A stretch of 64,000 bases of DNA from a virus (IMGVR_UViG_3300020455_000892:1-64000); one strand, 5' to 3'. Shown: positions 49,126 through 58,173, counted from the stretch's first letter. Notes: generated by a model from the letters alone, not told the origin. Program-made: numbers and translations.

Positions 49126-51003
49126 TTAATCCGTAGGATTAATATCAGTGTTTTGGTTTGGTGTAGTTTTAAATGCGTTTGCTAGCTTCTCTATTGATGA
49201 CTGTGCAATCGCAACTGTCGAAGATCCCATGTGTTCTACAATTTTGTTATAATCTAAATCTGGTTTACCGTCTCCATCAGCATCTTGACCTGTTAGAAAG
49301 TTTGGGTCATTGCCGTACTGAGCTCGAAGGAATGCGTCACCTCCAGCCAGCAAAGCTCTACCTCGTTGAGGCGTCTGCATTAGATTTGCTAAATCCTCAG
49401 GTATAACACCTGCCGCATTTCCAAATAAACCTGCTAAGAACATCGCTTCAAGTCCATCTACATCACCATTAAATGCATTTAAGAAAGGTTGCACAGTTAC
49501 CATACCGATTGAAGTACCAAATGCTTCAAACAACCCTTTTGTAAATTCGCTTGACATCATTTCAGTTGATCTATCAATAAAGCCTTTCATACTAGTTACT
49601 AAGTCAGCATCTGATCCACCACCTAGTTTCATTATAGCACTAAGAGCAAGATTTGCCGCTTCAGCATCTCTTTTGTTAAGTCCAAGTGTAAAAGATCTCA
49701 TAATTTCTAATTCTTTTTGTCTTTCAGTTATGAATTGTTTTTCAACTTCGTTACGTTCTTTTGCAAGATCAATTCCTGTTTCATTGATATTAACTGCCAT
49801 TTGCATTAGTTTCATAGCATCTTCGTTACCACCAAATGCTTGAACTTGAAACAGTTTAGTATCAGCATTTTGTTTAAAATTTTGTAATAATTGTGCTATA
49901 GCAACATTTGTATCAGTACCACTGTCTCCTGATCGAATTCTAGCAATGCCTTCTGTTATAATAGCCATAAGATTTCCGGTTGTATCTAACTGTGCCATTC
50001 TACCACCAGCAGTTGCCATTTCACTACCTTCTACAGCAACACCTTGAATAATAGCATTCATTATTTCTTTTCCAGCTGGTCCCAAGTTGTCTGTTAAATT
50101 GCCAGTTACATCTTTAATTGCTTGAATTTGATCTTTTGTCATACCTTGCATAGCAACTTGTAGTCTTACATCTTCTTGTGCCGCCATTTGAGCTCGTATT
50201 CTTTCACGAGTATTTTGACCAGTGACCCTAGCCATTTTTTCTTGTTCTCTATAATTGGCAACCATAGCATCAGTAAGATCATTTTGTACATAAAGTCTAA
50301 GCTGTTCAGCATCCATACTTTTTCTTCGTATGTCAATTTCTTCAGCTAAAAACTGTGCTTGTTCATCTGCCGCCAGTCCGAAGTTTCCAAACTGTTCTGA
50401 ACTTTTTTGTAGATTTTCTAAAATACCTATAAAATTCTGACTTCCTTCTTCAACACTGCCTCCAAGTTCTCTCATAGCACCTGTGTTTTGTGCAATAATA
50501 TTTCCAAACATATCAAGTTGTAAACCTGTTTTAGCAAGTCTTCTCTGAGTAAGCATTACATCTTCGCCAAATGTAACACCAACATCTCCTGCAAAAGCAA
50601 ATGTACTGCCAAGCTCTTTAGCTAGTCCAGATACCATACCAAATGCAGTAGCCATTGTGCCTAAGCCAAGTGCTTTCATAAAACTTGTAACCATACCAGG
50701 TTTAGCTACACTTTGCATCACACCCATAGAACTTGCTTTGCCAACTTCTTTAGCAAACTTAGTATTTTGTACTCTGCTTTTTGTTTCGTTCCAAACTTTT
50801 TGATAACCTTTAAGATCATCAACAGCAGATTTAATACTCATTTCACCTGCACTTGTGCCTTTGTTACTTGTTTGTAAACCTGTTAGATTTGTGGCTAAAT
50901 CGGATAAAACCGCTTTGATATCTGACTGTGTTGACTCCATTGCAAAGTCTGGAACGTCAACAGTCATTGGTCTTCCGCCCATATTAATTTGGATAACTGC
51001 CAT
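49126..51003 (-). CDS. Tape-measure-like helical protein
   Basis: Long alpha-helical, Ala/Gly/Met-rich with hydrophobic segments; divergent from the gp26-like gene. Confidence 0.5.
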   Translation of the reverse strand: MAVIQINMGGRPMTVDVPDFAMESTQSDIKAVLSDLATNLTGLQTSNKGTSAGEMSIKSAVDDLKGYQKVWNETKSRVQNTKFAKEVGKASSMGVMQSVAKPGMVTSFMKALGLGTMATAFGMVSGLAKELGSTFAFAGDVGVTFGEDVMLTQRRLAKTGLQLDMFGNIIAQNTGAMRELGGSVEEGSQNFIGILENLQKSSEQFGNFGLAADEQAQFLAEEIDIRRKSMDAEQLRLYVQNDLTDAMVANYREQEKMARVTGQNTRERIRAQMAAQEDVRLQVAMQGMTKDQIQAIKDVTGNLTDNLGPAGKEIMNAIIQGVAVEGSEMATAGGRMAQLDTTGNLMAIITEGIARIRSGDSGTDTNVAIAQLLQNFKQNADTKLFQVQAFGGNEDAMKLMQMAVNINETGIDLAKERNEVEKQFITERQKELEIMRSFTLGLNKRDAEAANLALSAIMKLGGGSDADLVTSMKGFIDRSTEMMSSEFTKGLFEAFGTSIGMVTVQPFLNAFNGDVDGLEAMFLAGLFGNAAGVIPEDLANLMQTPQRGRALLAGGDAFLRAQYGNDPNFLTGQDADGDGKPDLDYNKIVEHMGSSTVAIAQSSIEKLANAFKTTPNQNTDINPTD

Positions 51004-51022
51004 TAACTACTCACTTAACTAT

Positions 51023-51054
51023 GATAAATAACTTTAACATATATTGTATTTATA
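51023..51054. promoter_or_regulatory. Face-to-face late promoters
   Basis: GATAAATA on + (51023-51030) and TATAAATA on - (51047-51054). Confidence 0.55.
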
Positions 51055-51065
51055 GGCAAAAACTA

Positions 51066-51929
51066 ATGGAAAATCCACTACAGAATTATTATCGACATAA
51101 AGATATCTATGTTAGACTTCCAACTGGAGGTAAATGGATGAGAGAACAACCAAATCTTACCGCTGATGGTGAAATTGGTGTTAGAGCTATGACTGTAAGA
51201 GATGAACTTTTGCTTAACATACCAGATGCATTATACAATGGGCAAGCCATTTACGAGCTTATAGAAAGCATTTGTCCTGACATTGGTGATGCTAGCGATA
51301 TGAGTTTGCCTGATGTAGATGTAATTATGCTAGCCAGCAGGGCTACCAGTTACGAAAAAACTTTTCCTGTTGAGGCAACATGTTCACATTGTGAAACTGC
51401 TCAAATGTTTGAAGTAGATTTACAAAAAGTTTTAGGTAATGTGAAAAGTGTATGGGAGCAAACAGAATTAGAAGTTGATGGTCTAGTTGTAGAAATGAGA
51501 CCAAACACTGTATCTGCCATACATGCAAGCAATATCAAAGTAAGTGAGACCAGCAGAGTGCTATCTTCAATGAAAGAGACTGAAACAGTAGATGAGCAAT
51601 TAAAAGTACAGTACAGCGAAAACATTCAGCAGATTGCGGCGGCAAATGTAGTTTTACTAGCAGATTCTATTGTTAAAGTTACAATGCCAGACGGAAAGAC
51701 AGTCGATGAACCACAACACATTATTGATTGGTTAACAAATTCAAATAGAAAAGTAAATGACATACTCACCAAACAACGCTTGAGAATGAATCTAAATGGA
51801 ATAGATAAAACTTTTAAGTTTACTTGTGCTCAAGAAGATTGTGCAAAAACATTTAGTGCAGATATAGAATTTAACCCAAGTTTTTTTTTCACCAGCAACT
51901 CCGACTTCAAAAGAACTCTGAACAAGTAA
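51066..51929 (+). CDS. Baseplate hub assembly protein / tail assembly chaperone (T4 gp26-like)
   Basis: MENPLQNYYR...YVRLPTGG, MTVRDELLL..PDAL.NG, D.DVI..A.R.ASY-like segment, CSHC and C..EDC, ends NPSFFF. Start at 51066 preferred over 51021. Confidence 0.72.
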   Translation: MENPLQNYYRHKDIYVRLPTGGKWMREQPNLTADGEIGVRAMTVRDELLLNIPDALYNGQAIYELIESICPDIGDASDMSLPDVDVIMLASRATSYEKTFPVEATCSHCETAQMFEVDLQKVLGNVKSVWEQTELEVDGLVVEMRPNTVSAIHASNIKVSETSRVLSSMKETETVDEQLKVQYSENIQQIAAANVVLLADSIVKVTMPDGKTVDEPQHIIDWLTNSNRKVNDILTKQRLRMNLNGIDKTFKFTCAQEDCAKTFSADIEFNPSFFFTSNSDFKRTLNK

Positions 51930-52144
51930 ACAAACTTATTTCATACCACGAAAACAATAGTCAACGCATAAGAGAAAGTCTATTAGAAATAGTTCTATAT
52001 ACTGAAGGTGCATTTAATTACACAGACCTTGAACAATATCCTTTGAGATTAATACAAGATATCAACAAAGCAATCAAGAACAAGAATGACAAGATGTCTG
52101 AAGCTATGGATAAAGCAAAAGGTACTAATCGTAGAAGATTTTAA
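51881..52144 (+). CDS. -1 frame extension of the gp26-like protein (gp51-like), probably via programmed frameshift
   Basis: Open -1 frame from the T9 run: FHQQLRLQKNSEQVNKLI...YTEGAFNYTDLEQYPLRLIQDINKAIK...RRRF*; no early ATG. Confidence 0.65.
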   Translation, partial: FFFHQQLRLQKNSEQVNKLISYHENNSQRIRESLLEIVLYTEGAFNYTDLEQYPLRLIQDINKAIKNKNDKMSEAMDKAKGTNRRRF

Positions 52145-52149
52145 ACATT

Positions 52150-52535
52150 CTTTCGAAGAGCTAAAGCTCATCGTCATACTCATTTCATTTCGTATGATAA
52201 TTTTTTTAAACATTTTTTTATATGATACGTTATTACCTTGTTTTCAGTCGCACTTAGCTTGTTACAGCCAAGTGCAAAAAAAAAACGAAACGGTCATTAC
52301 CCCTCTCCAGCTCGCATCGTTATAGTATAACCTATTGCTAGGCAGAGGCGGTTTTGCTATACCCCTTTACATACTGCTTAAAACGCAGAAACACTCTAAG
52401 CCATAACGACGACTTTTGAGTTATCCGTGGGTTACAATGGCACAGTAGAGCCCACTCTTTTGGTTCGTTTCCCTCAGGCAAGTTCCGACGGCCCGCATTG
52501 CTACGAACAATCTCAATGCTTTTAACAAAGAGGGT
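52150..52535 (-). ncRNA. Putative structured non-coding RNA or cis element, family not recognised
   Basis: About 390 nt with no credible gene and many inverted repeats, some closed by GNRA-like loops on the minus strand (see findings). Confidence 0.55.
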
Positions 52536-52538
52536 ATG

Positions 52539-52967
52539 TTACGACTGTTGTCTGTTAAGTGATTCTATAAGTGCCTTGGAACTGCCAACTCTTACGTTTA
52601 TAATGCCGTTATAGTATTCATCAGTTTTAAGAACTTCACGGTCAAACTGTTCTTTGGCTTCTAAATAGCTTAGTTCGCCTCTGCTGGTGCAGTAGTACAG
52701 TATTTCTCTTGTAAAGTTTTCAGGGCCTAATTGTTCAACATCTTCATTTAAATGGTCACTGCTTCCCCAATAAGTTCGCCAGTCACTTTCTTTAGTTGAA
52801 CGTCTTTTGTTTTTCTTGCCTTTGAGAGGTTTTTTAGTTACTTTAAATTTTGCCAGTTTTTTGCCAATGTACTTTTTGCCGTTTGTGAGGTTGGTAATAA
52901 GATATACAAATCCTATGTATTCCTCACTGATCTCTTCTACTATTTTGCCTTGATAAGTCCATTGCAT
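52539..52967 (-). CDS. GIY-YIG family endonuclease (single domain)
   Basis: GFVYLITN..NGKKYIGKK, WRTYWGSS, REIL......LSYLEA.EQ, YYNG.I. Confidence 0.82.
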   Translation of the reverse strand: MQWTYQGKIVEEISEEYIGFVYLITNLTNGKKYIGKKLAKFKVTKKPLKGKKNKRRSTKESDWRTYWGSSDHLNEDVEQLGPENFTREILYYCTSRGELSYLEAKEQFDREVLKTDEYYNGIINVRVGSSKALIESLNRQQS

Positions 52968-52984
52968 TGTTATTCATTACAACA

Positions 52985-53014
52985 ATTATATATATCTTCT
53001 TTGCCGTTTGTCAA
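52985..53014 (-). promoter_or_regulatory. sigma70-type promoter for the GIY-YIG gene and downstream element
   Basis: TTGACA-18 nt-TATAAT. Confidence 0.6.
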
Positions 53015-53019
53015 CCGGT

Positions 53020-53712
53020 TTAGTGCATGTTTTTTAAGATTTCCCAAGTTTGTTTATATCCTTGATCAATCTGATGAAAATGTGTACTTGCTTGTGCGGC
53101 TGTAAAATCATTACCGCCTGGGTTGCAATGGTCACCAAAATAAATTGTTGTACCTTCTTGTTCTCTTATAGCTTGACTCTTGTCACAGCTTTTCTTAAAA
53201 ATATCTATGCTGGTCTGACCAGCTACTTGTGCAATGCTATCATCGAATTCTTGATTGTAATACATTGCTACTGTATCTCTACCTTTGTTAGTCTTTTCCC
53301 AATTGGCGTATCTAGCACGTTGATCCCAGTTAGCATTACGTCCAACTATGCTAAAGTTTGCAGTACCTGTACGGTGTTCGATATGATTACCAGTCATTTC
53401 AGGATAATCAAAAGTGTGTAAGATAGTTTGTAAAAAAGTTTGTTGAGCTTCTGATAATGTCCAATCGCTTTTGTATACTTCTTTATTACCAACAAACACA
53501 TGGTTACCACTGCAATGATATACTCGTGCAAAACTATTGGTCAAGTCTTCTCCAATTTGTTCAATTGTTTTAGGTCTATCACTTCCTGTTACAATCATAC
53601 ATGTATTGTTTGCAACAAAATCAAACATAAACTCTTCGAAATCTGGCTCTATTGCACGTCTTGGGTCAGTAAGTGTGCCATCAACATCAAACATAAAAAT
53701 TTTATTCGTCAT
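53020..53712 (-). CDS. HAD-IIB hydrolase, eukaryotic-type phosphomannomutase-like
   Basis: FDVDGTLT, VTGSD, IEHR....NFSIVGR, GQTSIDIF....DKSQ, YFGD..NPGGND. Confidence 0.8.
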   Translation of the reverse strand: MTNKIFMFDVDGTLTDPRRAIEPDFEEFMFDFVANNTCMIVTGSDRPKTIEQIGEDLTNSFARVYHCSGNHVFVGNKEVYKSDWTLSEAQQTFLQTILHTFDYPEMTGNHIEHRTGTANFSIVGRNANWDQRARYANWEKTNKGRDTVAMYYNQEFDDSIAQVAGQTSIDIFKKSCDKSQAIREQEGTTIYFGDHCNPGGNDFTAAQASTHFHQIDQGYKQTWEILKNMH

Positions 53713-54049
53713 CTATTTCTTTCATTTGTTCAGGATACCATTTGTGTAGTAAATCGATTGGCAACTTTTTTTGTTTTGTTGGTGCAAAATGTGGCATGTC
53801 TTTTATAGTAAACGTTGGCGACAGTCCTGTGATAGTACTACCGCCGCCTAGCATAGTGCTTGTGCATGTAGCATGTTGTGACAAATCAACTGTATATGCC
53901 ATTGAGCCTTCTGCAAGTGTTCCAATAGTTGCGTCTTCAGGTACAAATGGTGCTTCATTTGCCATCCATGTTTCAAAGTCGTCATCACCTTTGTTACCTT
54001 TATTATTAAAGCTATCTATGTGTATTGTGTATTCGTCATCATCATTCAT
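53702..54049 (-). CDS. Hypothetical protein
   Basis: Acidic ORF overlapping both neighbours; probable start MNDDDEY. Confidence 0.5.
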   Translation of the reverse strand: MNDDDEYTIHIDSFNNKGNKGDDDFETWMANEAPFVPEDATIGTLAEGSMAYTVDLSQHATCTSTMLGGGSTITGLSPTFTIKDMPHFAPTKQKKLPIDLLHKWYPEQMKEIDDE

Positions 54050-54359
54050 TGCTTTGTCCAAATAGTTTATAGTATACGTCAATAGGTAATATCTTGCTTG
54101 TTAGTAATTCTTGTGGATAATATCCGAATAGTTTTTCACCTGTAGTTTTGTACATCTTCTTCTGAAAAGGAGTTTGCTTCCTATTTCCTGTTGCTTCAGT
54201 TTCTCCACACCAATCACATTCTGTACCTTTTGGAAATCCCATAACATCTTGTTGGGATTCACAATAGTGTTCCCAAAATGTATCCTGCTTCCATGCACTT
54301 TGATCATGTCTTGGATCCATCATTTGTTTAATATGTTCTTTAGAGTAATTACTTGGCAT
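54042..54359 (-). CDS. Hypothetical protein with putative Zn-binding motif
   Basis: WEHYC...ECDWCG. Confidence 0.5.
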   Translation of the reverse strand: MPSNYSKEHIKQMMDPRHDQSAWKQDTFWEHYCESQQDVMGFPKGTECDWCGETEATGNRKQTPFQKKMYKTTGEKLFGYYPQELLTSKILPIDVYYKLFGQSNE

Positions 54360-56118
54360 CTACAAACTCCGTATCAGTACTGAATGTAGTAAAGCCACCT
54401 TCTTTGATAACTTGTAGTATTGTGTTTACACGACCTACAAGTTCGTCTCTGTGTGAGATTAAGAAGATGTTTTTACTACGTTCACGTTCTATCTTTTTAA
54501 GTACACCCAATGCACCATCAACACCATTAGTGTCCATACCACTATCAATAAGCTCGTCAATAGCTAAAAAGTTTATTGGTGTGTTCATACTTTCAAAAAC
54601 ATCTCTGAAACTCCAACTAAGTCCTAGTATAAGTCTATTACGTTCTCCTCTGCTAAGATTGTCAAAGTCTAAATCTCTGCCTAACTCTGTTATTTCAACT
54701 GTTAGGTCTGGCTGGAACGCAACCTCATGTGGCAAGCCTAGCTTTGTCAAATAGTAAGCTAATCTACTGTTCAAGTATTGCAAGTTCTGTTCAATAATGC
54801 GTTTTCTAATAAAACTATCTTTGTTTGTTAACAGTTTATACAAAAAGTCCTGATGATCTTTTACTGTATTCAATTGATTCATAGTATCCCAGGTTATCTC
54901 TTGTACGCCAGTTTCTCTTAAACTTTCTATCTGTTCCTGATAAGTGTCAACTTCGCTAGACTTTGTAGTAGCTTGACTACGCAAGTTTTCTAGTTCCATA
55001 TTGTGTTTGTGTGCTTCTGTTTCTGTATTGTAGTGTGTAGCAGGAATCTGTCCAAGTTCTCCAAGTTGTGTAATAGCATCAAACCACTCTTTTTCTTGTT
55101 CATGATTTGTTTTAACTTGCTGTTGAGCATCACTAAGTTGTTCTTGTTTGCTACCTAAAATACTTTCTTGTTTTTCGTCGTGTAAATCTTGTCCGCAAGA
55201 GTGGCACTTGTGGTCTTTCAATAAATTGATTTCTTTGTTAAGTTTATCAATCAGCTTTTGCTGTTTAGTATTATCAGTTTGAATATTAGATAACCAACGT
55301 TCTGCTTCGTCTTTCAGCTTTTTCTTTTCTAGGTAATCACTTAACAGTGTATGATTGCTAAGTTCAGTTTGGATATCTATTTTTTCCAGTGTGTTTATTT
55401 GTTTCTGGATACCTTGGACAGTAGTTTCTTGTTGATCCCGCCAAATTTTCTGCCTGCGTTCCAAATCACTGATACTTTTCTCAATCCTGGAATTTGCTTC
55501 TTCAACTGCATTAATTCGATACTCTTCTTCTTTAATTGCATCTCTCGTTAACCTTTGTTGTTCTTTGAGAACCTCTGCTTTTTCACTAAGCATTGTTATG
55601 CCTAGTAACTGCTCAATAATTGCTCGCTGATCGTTTGCCCGCATACTGAGAAAAGGTTCTGTGTATGTGTTGAGTGCAACAATGTGTTTAAACATGTCAT
55701 GGCTCATACCAAACAGTTTTTCTATTTGTGTCTGAGTTTGACGATTTTCACCTTGTGCTTCGTCTTCTTCAACATTCTCTTCGTTGACATAGTATTTAAG
55801 CACATTAGGCTTTCTACCCCGCTCAATGCGGTATTGAGTACCATCTATTACAAAATCCAGTGTAACCATCATGCTTTTGCCGTTGGTTTTGTTTACTAGA
55901 TTGTCTTTTCTAATATTAGTAAGTGCATTTCCAAATATTGCATAACTGAGTGCATTTATAATAGTAGTCTTGCCAGTACCATTTCTACTACCATCTCCAC
56001 CCAAGTCTACATTGTTTCCAAGTACAAGTGTTAGTCCATTATTAGTAAAACGTACAGCTTGTGTAACGTTGCCAACACTCATAAAGTTTTTTACAGTTAA
56101 ATCTTTGATTACTATCAT
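54349..56118 (-). CDS. gp46: Recombination endonuclease ATPase subunit (gp46/SbcC/Rad50-like)
   Basis: KNFMSVGN, NGTGKTT (Walker A), CHSCGQ zinc hook, LSRGE signature, IDELID (Walker B), ISH. Confidence 0.92.
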   Translation of the reverse strand: MIVIKDLTVKNFMSVGNVTQAVRFTNNGLTLVLGNNVDLGGDGSRNGTGKTTIINALSYAIFGNALTNIRKDNLVNKTNGKSMMVTLDFVIDGTQYRIERGRKPNVLKYYVNEENVEEDEAQGENRQTQTQIEKLFGMSHDMFKHIVALNTYTEPFLSMRANDQRAIIEQLLGITMLSEKAEVLKEQQRLTRDAIKEEEYRINAVEEANSRIEKSISDLERRQKIWRDQQETTVQGIQKQINTLEKIDIQTELSNHTLLSDYLEKKKLKDEAERWLSNIQTDNTKQQKLIDKLNKEINLLKDHKCHSCGQDLHDEKQESILGSKQEQLSDAQQQVKTNHEQEKEWFDAITQLGELGQIPATHYNTETEAHKHNMELENLRSQATTKSSEVDTYQEQIESLRETGVQEITWDTMNQLNTVKDHQDFLYKLLTNKDSFIRKRIIEQNLQYLNSRLAYYLTKLGLPHEVAFQPDLTVEITELGRDLDFDNLSRGERNRLILGLSWSFRDVFESMNTPINFLAIDELIDSGMDTNGVDGALGVLKKIERERSKNIFLISHRDELVGRVNTILQVIKEGGFTTFSTDTEFVDAK

Positions 56119-57131
56119 AGGTTGTTATATATGTCCACTAGCAGTTTCTTATCTATTAGATCGCTGTCCACAGCATTTAAACTATTATACACTATTTGGT
56201 CTACATTTTCAACTTCAATATCTTCTACTACTCGCCAATCTTGTGCATGTTCTTCTTTCTTAGTAGGCATAAGTGTTATCTCTCTTACGCCATACTGTTG
56301 ACTAAATGTTTCTTTAATAAATGTTGCTTCTTCATAACTTATTGCAATATCCAGTGTAGCTCTACAATAAGTTTTGTTGTTGAGTATTACATCTGGTTCA
56401 TCAATCAGTCTGCTCAAACTTACTGTTCTATAACGTGGACCTGCAAAGTCTATGTACTCAGGTTTACCTCCCCACTCTAATACCATCATACCACGCTCGT
56501 CGTCCCAAGCATCAGCATAGTTGTGTGGAAAAGGTGATCCCAAGTAATGTACATTGCCTTTGTTTTGCCGTTTGTGAAAATGTCCAGTAAACACATACTC
56601 TGGACCTTGCAAGTGTTCTGCATTCAGTTGTCCGTGGTCTGGCATTTCTACCATAGCATTCATTTTAAAGTAAGGAAGTTCGAAGTGTCCAAACATATAT
56701 CTACATTTTGTTTTGCTTATGTGTGTCCACTCATCTCCAACTAACCACGGAACAAGTGCAACATCATCTTGTACAAGTGTTTGCTCGTTTATAAGATGAA
56801 CATTCTCAAACAGTTCTGCATAAGGTAAACTGTTATAGTCACGTTTTTCTCTGTAATATAAATCATGATTGCCAGTAATCATGTATACTTGCTTAAATGC
56901 ACGACTGAGCTTTGCTACGTTTTCCACACTATAGTTAAGTGTACTCACGTTTACACTAGCACGATGATGGTGCCAATCTCCTAAGAATATACAAGTTTCA
57001 CAGTTTTGCTCTTTGGCTTGTTCAACAAACCAATCAACAAATTCTACACAATCGCGATTGTGTTGTTTGCTATTATTCTTGTTTCCGAAATGTATGTCCG
57101 TGAAACAAGCCGCACGGTTAAAGAATGTCAT
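56115..57131 (-). CDS. gp47: Recombination endonuclease nuclease subunit (gp47/SbcD/Mre11-like)
   Basis: TDIHFG, FLGDW, GNHD, GHFE, GHFH metallophosphoesterase motifs. Confidence 0.92.
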   Translation of the reverse strand: MTFFNRAACFTDIHFGNKNNSKQHNRDCVEFVDWFVEQAKEQNCETCIFLGDWHHHRASVNVSTLNYSVENVAKLSRAFKQVYMITGNHDLYYREKRDYNSLPYAELFENVHLINEQTLVQDDVALVPWLVGDEWTHISKTKCRYMFGHFELPYFKMNAMVEMPDHGQLNAEHLQGPEYVFTGHFHKRQNKGNVHYLGSPFPHNYADAWDDERGMMVLEWGGKPEYIDFAGPRYRTVSLSRLIDEPDVILNNKTYCRATLDIAISYEEATFIKETFSQQYGVREITLMPTKKEEHAQDWRVVEDIEVENVDQIVYNSLNAVDSDLIDKKLLVDIYNNL

Positions 57132-57164
57132 GGATTTCCGTTCACTCAGTTTAAACTTTCACTT

Positions 57165-57193
57165 AGTATAGCTTCATAACTATACATTGTCAA
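57165..57193 (-). promoter_or_regulatory. sigma70-type promoter for gp47-gp46
   Basis: TTGACA-17 nt-TATACT. Confidence 0.75.
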
Positions 57194-57196
57194 TAC

Positions 57197-58075
57197 CTAA
57201 ACGTTGTATCCGTGTTCTTTACGTTCTTTGTCAGCTTTTTCGTCCCATTTGGCTCTTTCTGCCATCTCATGTTCAATTTGGCGTGTCCAACTAGGCATTT
57301 GACCTGCTTCTTGCAATAGGTCATCTCTTATGTTTTGATTACGTTTCTCTAGGTTAAGCACCCTAGTAAAACTGTTAGTAACTGCCGCTGTATAGTATGC
57401 AAATGGATTTTCACTTTTCAGTTCGTTAAACTGCAATCCAATCTGCGATAGTTGCAATAATGCATGACTACGCATCTCATCTACATATGTATATCCACGC
57501 CAGTTGCTACGCATACTGTAACGTTCGCAAAGTTTAATATACATCTTTGCTAAATTATTTGTAATTTTACCATGTTGTGTATTAAATTTACCGTTATCTA
57601 ATCCACCTTCCCAATGACTACGCAAACATTCTTTTATGTCATCATTGATATAAGCATAATGTTTAAAAGGTGGAAAGTTGCATTTACTATGATGATCAGC
57701 AGTTGTTTTAGGTTTATTTTTTCTACCAGGTTCCAATGGTATATGATCATAAGTCATCAATCTAAAAACTAATGATTTCTCTTCAATTGTGTTTGGATCG
57801 ATTTTAAAATTAATCTGTTTTGGTTTTTGACTTTGTTTTCTACTACTGTTGTCATACCATTCTAAATATGCTGTTTCATATGCTTGAGTACTTAATTGCC
57901 TAGCTCTATTTTCTTTAGCAGTTTGTATTACTTCTGGAAGTTTAATATCATCTATTGATTCTACTATTGTATCAAACCTACTATATTCATCGTCTAAGAC
58001 ATAACAATAGCTTAATTTGCTTTTGTGTATTTCTTTAAGCATATCTTTGTTGTTTAAATAATTTTGTTTCCTCAT
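57197..58075 (-). CDS. gp55: Late-transcription sigma factor (T4 gp55-like)
   Basis: NYLNNKDML.EI, NWRGYTYVDEM, F....S.NPFAYYT....NSF.R....EK; adjacent to gp47 as in T4-like phages. Confidence 0.8.
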   Translation of the reverse strand: MRKQNYLNNKDMLKEIHKSKLSYCYVLDDEYSRFDTIVESIDDIKLPEVIQTAKENRARQLSTQAYETAYLEWYDNSSRKQSQKPKQINFKIDPNTIEEKSLVFRLMTYDHIPLEPGRKNKPKTTADHHSKCNFPPFKHYAYINDDIKECLRSHWEGGLDNGKFNTQHGKITNNLAKMYIKLCERYSMRSNWRGYTYVDEMRSHALLQLSQIGLQFNELKSENPFAYYTAAVTNSFTRVLNLEKRNQNIRDDLLQEAGQMPSWTRQIEHEMAERAKWDEKADKERKEHGYNV

Positions 58076-58097
58076 CGTAATTCCTTATTCTGATTTC

Positions 58098-58126
58098 ATT
58101 ATACACAATTTAATTCGAGTTGTCAA
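58098..58126 (-). promoter_or_regulatory. Consensus sigma70 promoter for the gp55-like gene
   Basis: Perfect TTGACA-17 nt-TATAAT. Confidence 0.85.
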
Positions 58127-58147
58127 TAACTACACATATAATTATTC

Positions 58148-58155
58148 TATAAATA
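58148..58155 (+). promoter_or_regulatory. Late promoter TATAAATA for the baseplate operon
   Basis: Exact consensus followed by AGGAG and ATG 58174. Confidence 0.7.
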
Positions 58156-58173
58156 CAACTATAGGAGACACCA

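Noticed and set aside
52086-52325. 79 aa ORF on the + strand
   Set aside because: No RBS; crosses A/T homopolymers and hairpins, and overlaps the better-supported -1 frame ORF and the structured element.
52150-52967. Group I intron with homing endonuclease, or tRNA/tmRNA
   Set aside because: No interrupted host gene flanks the element, the nuclease lacks an extra DNA-binding domain, and I could not identify P7, cloverleaf or tag-peptide signatures by eye. Not formally excluded without a covariance search.
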